From positions 64,001 to 128,000 of the forward strand of contig CAVRCI010000002.1 in assembly GCA_963719495.1 (NCBI GenBank): DNA of 64,000 bases, in the 5' to 3' direction. Below, one piece after another: positions 61,413 to 64,000 of the stretch. The DNA comes from an uncultured Verrucomicrobiae bacterium (GTDB taxonomy: Bacteria > Verrucomicrobiota > Verrucomicrobiia > Chthoniobacterales > JAATET01). Position numbers and translations under genes: made by a program. Under the pieces are notes generated by a model. That model had not been told where the DNA came from. It saw only the letters and a list, made by a program, of their open reading frames with translations, and ran no database searches. How positions within the stretch are numbered: position 1 is the stretch's first letter; every line of letters starts with the position of its first letter.

Positions 61413-61820
61413 TTATAGAATTCGAAACCTTTGCTTCGTATTCTCTGGCCAACCATGAAAAATCGAAATCATTTGAACGGCGTAGAAGCTTCTGATGATA
61501 CAGATCTGGAATGGGGACTCACCGGATCTGTAGACGACTAAAACCCCATCTTTTCTAAGTGATAGAATTGCAGACTCATCCTCTTGAAAATTTACGGAAA
61601 ATGATGTGCCGTCCTTCCGGTAGACTTGAATAGTTGGAGGATTAGCCGTAAAGGAAACATGTCCGGAGCGAAATCCTTCGAAAAGCCCGTAGTAGATGGA
61701 TAGTGAGTTATCGTCAGTTAACTCGAACTTCAGTGGGATGAGATACTGTCCGCGATCCTGAATGGACTCTTTGTAATAGAGTCCGCAGACGAGCGGGAAC
61801 AAGAAATGGCGTCTAGACAT
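61413..61820 (-). CDS. Hypothetical protein
   Basis: Fills cassette. Confidence 0.6.
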   Translation of the reverse strand: MSRRHFLFPLVCGLYYKESIQDRGQYLIPLKFELTDDNSLSIYYGLFEGFRSGHVSFTANPPTIQVYRKDGTSFSVNFQEDESAILSLRKDGVLVVYRSGESPFQICIIRSFYAVQMISIFHGWPENTKQRFRIL

Positions 61821-61967
61821 GAATATTTGGCCGAACGTCAAGCTCAGCCACCCTGAGCGGGTGAACGAGCCAACCCTGAGGTGAGCTGCCAATAGAAGGT
61901 CCGAGCAACCCCAGCCAGCGAAGCGGCTAGGGGTTGGCTGCAGCGCCTTGTTCGGCTGTATCGCATT

Positions 61968-62360
61968 TTAGTTTCGATGGCTCAGTCCGGGGACTCTAAA
62001 TTCTTGAAGGCACTTCTCGCAGCGGTGGACTCTCCAGCTTGCCGACTCAATCTCGATATATCGGGGAAGCTCGGAAAGCCGGTGCATGCAAACAGGGCAG
62101 TTGGGAACAGCGAGAACTGCTCGATATATGAGATACCCGACAAGCCAAACAGATAATCCGATAGCCGCGACCACCAGACAAGCGTTCGCCCAGTGATTGT
62201 CCTGAAGATGGTTACTAAAAGTCGGTCCTGCCATGATTATCACTATGACAATCGCAAAAATAGCAAGTGATTTAGCAAATGTCTCTCGATGGAATCCGGA
62301 GACTTCACGTGGTAACTCTTTATCTTCAAGCATTGTGGAAGTTGATGGGCTTGGGTTCAT
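61968..62360 (-). CDS. Two-TM protein with C-terminal Zn ribbon
   Basis: CPVC...CEKC after two hydrophobic helices. Confidence 0.7.
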   Translation of the reverse strand: MNPSPSTSTMLEDKELPREVSGFHRETFAKSLAIFAIVIVIIMAGPTFSNHLQDNHWANACLVVAAIGLSVWLVGYLIYRAVLAVPNCPVCMHRLSELPRYIEIESASWRVHRCEKCLQEFRVPGLSHRN

Positions 62361-62628
62361 GTCAGTCTCGAAAAGACAGAGTTGGTAATCGAACAACGAA
62401 CTCGACTGGAGACAAATTGGACGATCCGAAGAGGTCCTGGGTCATGCAGCAAGTTGCTCAGAAATATCATCCACCGGAGGTCGAGCCGAACGTCAAGCTC
62501 AGCCACCCTGAGCGGGCAACCAAGCCAACCCAACGGTGAACTGCCGGAAGCGGGAACGAGCAACCCCAGCCAGCGAAGCGGCTAGGGGTTGGCTGCAGCG
62601 CCTTGTTAGCCCTGTATTGAATTTGTTC

Positions 62629-62991
62629 TCATATCGGAAGGATTCGAACACGAGTCCGATTCGGAAGAATTGTAACAATGGCACCTTTTTCGAGTTGTTC
62701 GGAAAATGAATCTATTACTGTTAGAACGGTTGATCCGAGCGCTTCGGGCGTGATATCGTCAACGCGAGCTTGAATGACGCTGGGCTTGTGGGCGTGGGAA
62801 TGAGCAAGCAGCGTTCCAAAGTCGAGATCGTGCGTGAAAATCACGAGGTTCTCAGCTCGAGCGTGTTCGAAAATTACATGGTCCTTCGCATTCCGTGGTC
62901 CTAGAGACGACCAATGGAATGAATGAATCTTGGTTTGGTCGAAGAATGGAATCCAGTCTTCGGGTAGGCACACATCGACGAGAATCGTCAT
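62629..62991 (-). CDS. DUF5615 PIN-like toxin (paralogue of 25899-26261)
   Basis: Few substitutions from first copy. Confidence 0.88.
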   Translation of the reverse strand: MTILVDVCLPEDWIPFFDQTKIHSFHWSSLGPRNAKDHVIFEHARAENLVIFTHDLDFGTLLAHSHAHKPSVIQARVDDITPEALGSTVLTVIDSFSEQLEKGAIVTILPNRTRVRILPI

Positions 62992-63212
62992 GCAGCCTGT
63001 AGTTCTGCATCATAGGCCTCCGCGAGCCAGGTAGCGTATGAGAGAGCAGCGGAAATATCCTCAGCTTCGAGAAAAGGATACATACCAAGAACCTTGGCTC
63101 GGTCGTGACCAGCGGCAATTAACCCTGTAATCGTGCCGACAGTTATCCGCATGTTCCGAATACAGGGCTTCCCGCCCATTAACGCTGGATCTCTTGTGAT
63201 ACGCTCGTGCAT
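62988..63212 (-). CDS. DUF433 antitoxin (paralogue of 26258-26482)
   Basis: Same translation. Confidence 0.9.
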   Translation of the reverse strand: MHERITRDPALMGGKPCIRNMRITVGTITGLIAAGHDRAKVLGMYPFLEAEDISAALSYATWLAEAYDAELQAA

Positions 63213-63383
63213 GCCGAAACGTAGAACATTGCCGACGGCGCGACAACAGCAATTTATGGGCTAACGTCAAGCTCAGCCACCCCGAACGGGCGACCGGATA
63301 CTACTGGTGATCAACTGCCGATTGCGCTTCCGCAACCCCAGGAGCGAAGCGGATAGGGGTTGGCTGCAGCGCCTTGTTAGGTC

Positions 63384-63851
63384 TCAGGAATTATTGTTGT
63401 TTCGAGCAGACCGGCGCCAAGTAATAACTGCTAGCCAGAAACAAAATATCTGAGTGAGCTCAGGAATCTCAGGAATGAAGTCAATTGTGCATCTTCTAGT
63501 GAAAGGGTGAGTTGTAGTGATTACTCCAACCGGTTGTGATCCTGTAGATATGTCATAGCAACGAGTAAAAGGCGATTGCGCTTTCGAAAGAAGAGAGCCT
63601 TCCGGAGTGTCAATTTGAAAGGATCGAAACATGGCGTTCGGCTTGTGTGCTTCTGAAATCGTGCTGGTATCAGAGAGTAACGACCAGCGCCCGCTCATCC
63701 ATCCGTGTTTTTGTATCGTGTAACAAGTTCTATTGTATTGAATGGAGCCCTGTTCAGTAAAAAAGTCGAATTCAGCAATCGCTTGACCGGTAGGTGATCC
63801 CTCAATATGAAAGTTCCAAGAACAAAGAGATTCTGGCAGGCAAGTGAGCAT
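63384..63851 (-). CDS. Hypothetical protein, LURP-one/scramblase-like beta fold
   Basis: Repeating beta-strand pattern and C-terminal hydrophobic helix. Confidence 0.6.
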   Translation of the reverse strand: MLTCLPESLCSWNFHIEGSPTGQAIAEFDFFTEQGSIQYNRTCYTIQKHGWMSGRWSLLSDTSTISEAHKPNAMFRSFQIDTPEGSLLSKAQSPFTRCYDISTGSQPVGVITTTHPFTRRCTIDFIPEIPELTQIFCFWLAVITWRRSARNNNNS

Positions 63852-64000
63852 TATAATAATGACCTAACGCCAAGCTCAGCCACCCCGAACGGGGGACCAA
63901 ATTCTGAGCTTGATGTGATGGAATGGACGGAAGTCAGAACAAGAGCGCCGGGTGACGGCTAGGGGTTGGCTGTAGCGCTCTGGTCGTCGGGACGGCTCGT

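Larger units (their letters stand above)
226..63988 (-). mobile_element. Integron gene cassette array (superintegron-type, ~92 cassettes; integrase outside window)
   Basis: Regular alternation of ~127 bp imperfect palindromes bounded by NNNNAAC...GTTNNNN core boxes with 0.3-1.5 kb inserts; each cassette's first bases complement its own R'' box; ORFs co-oriented on minus strand. Confidence 0.97.
226..63988 (-). repeat. attC recombination sites, ~93 copies, ~126-130 bp
   Basis: Plus-strand consensus NNNNAACGTCAAGCTCAGCCACCCTGAGCGGG...CCAGCGAAGCGGCTAGGGGTTGGCTGCAGCGCCTTGTTNNNN. Approximate starts: 226,1796,2563,3198,3663,4281,4894,5359,7278,7771,8405,8800,9309,9805,10410,11155,11934,12684,13355,13753,14391,16211,16830,17404,18037,18714,19420,20061,20552,21017,21726,22405,23037,23433,24039,24712,25177,25755,26529,27259,27856,28580,29288,30105,30916,31618,32346,32811,33664,34240,34870,35625,37750,38442,39002,39494,39960,40649,43261,43799,44304,44842,45609,46112,46566,46962,47738,48533,49322,50098,50813,51427,52049,52609,53006,53614,54080,54700,55721,56348,56842,57308,57925,58390,58786,59409,60000,60667,61281,61830,62485,63259,63862. 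Confidence 0.96.

Noticed and set aside
226..63988. CRISPR array interpretation of the 127 bp repeats
   Set aside because: Repeats too long, inserts are gene-sized, AAC/GTT cores present, no cas genes.
1..64000. Integrase, reverse transcriptase/group II intron, rRNA or tRNA genes
   Set aside because: No tyrosine recombinase or RT motifs in any ORF and no recognisable structural RNA genes.

Overview
The window is an internal segment of a very large sedentary integron (superintegron-type) cassette array. By eye I count about 93 highly similar ~126-130 bp attC sites, giving about 92 cassettes, essentially all encoded on the minus strand. No integrase, attI or Pc is in the window. Content hints (PEP-CTERM protein, a GFVQSPYAP...DPYT lipoprotein motif) suggest a Verrucomicrobia/PVC host (inference). 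About 21 cassettes are toxin-antitoxin (TA) or TA-like pairs, most with their own sigma70 promoter and apparently leaderless mRNAs. About 30 cassettes belong to seven recurrent families with no convincing ORF (one in 9 copies). The rest encode GNATs, membrane/secreted hypotheticals and candidate defence nucleases. Five IS insertions interrupt cassettes (IS630, ISAs1, a DUF4338-fused ISAs1-like element, two copies of an IS1202-like element). The most unusual signals are covarying C(GNA)G mini-hairpin motifs at fixed positions in many cassettes, the ORF-less cassette families, a cassette family with a compensated non-canonical GGT/ACC core, and shared end signatures on unrelated cassettes. All counts, coordinates and family calls were made by eye, without searches.
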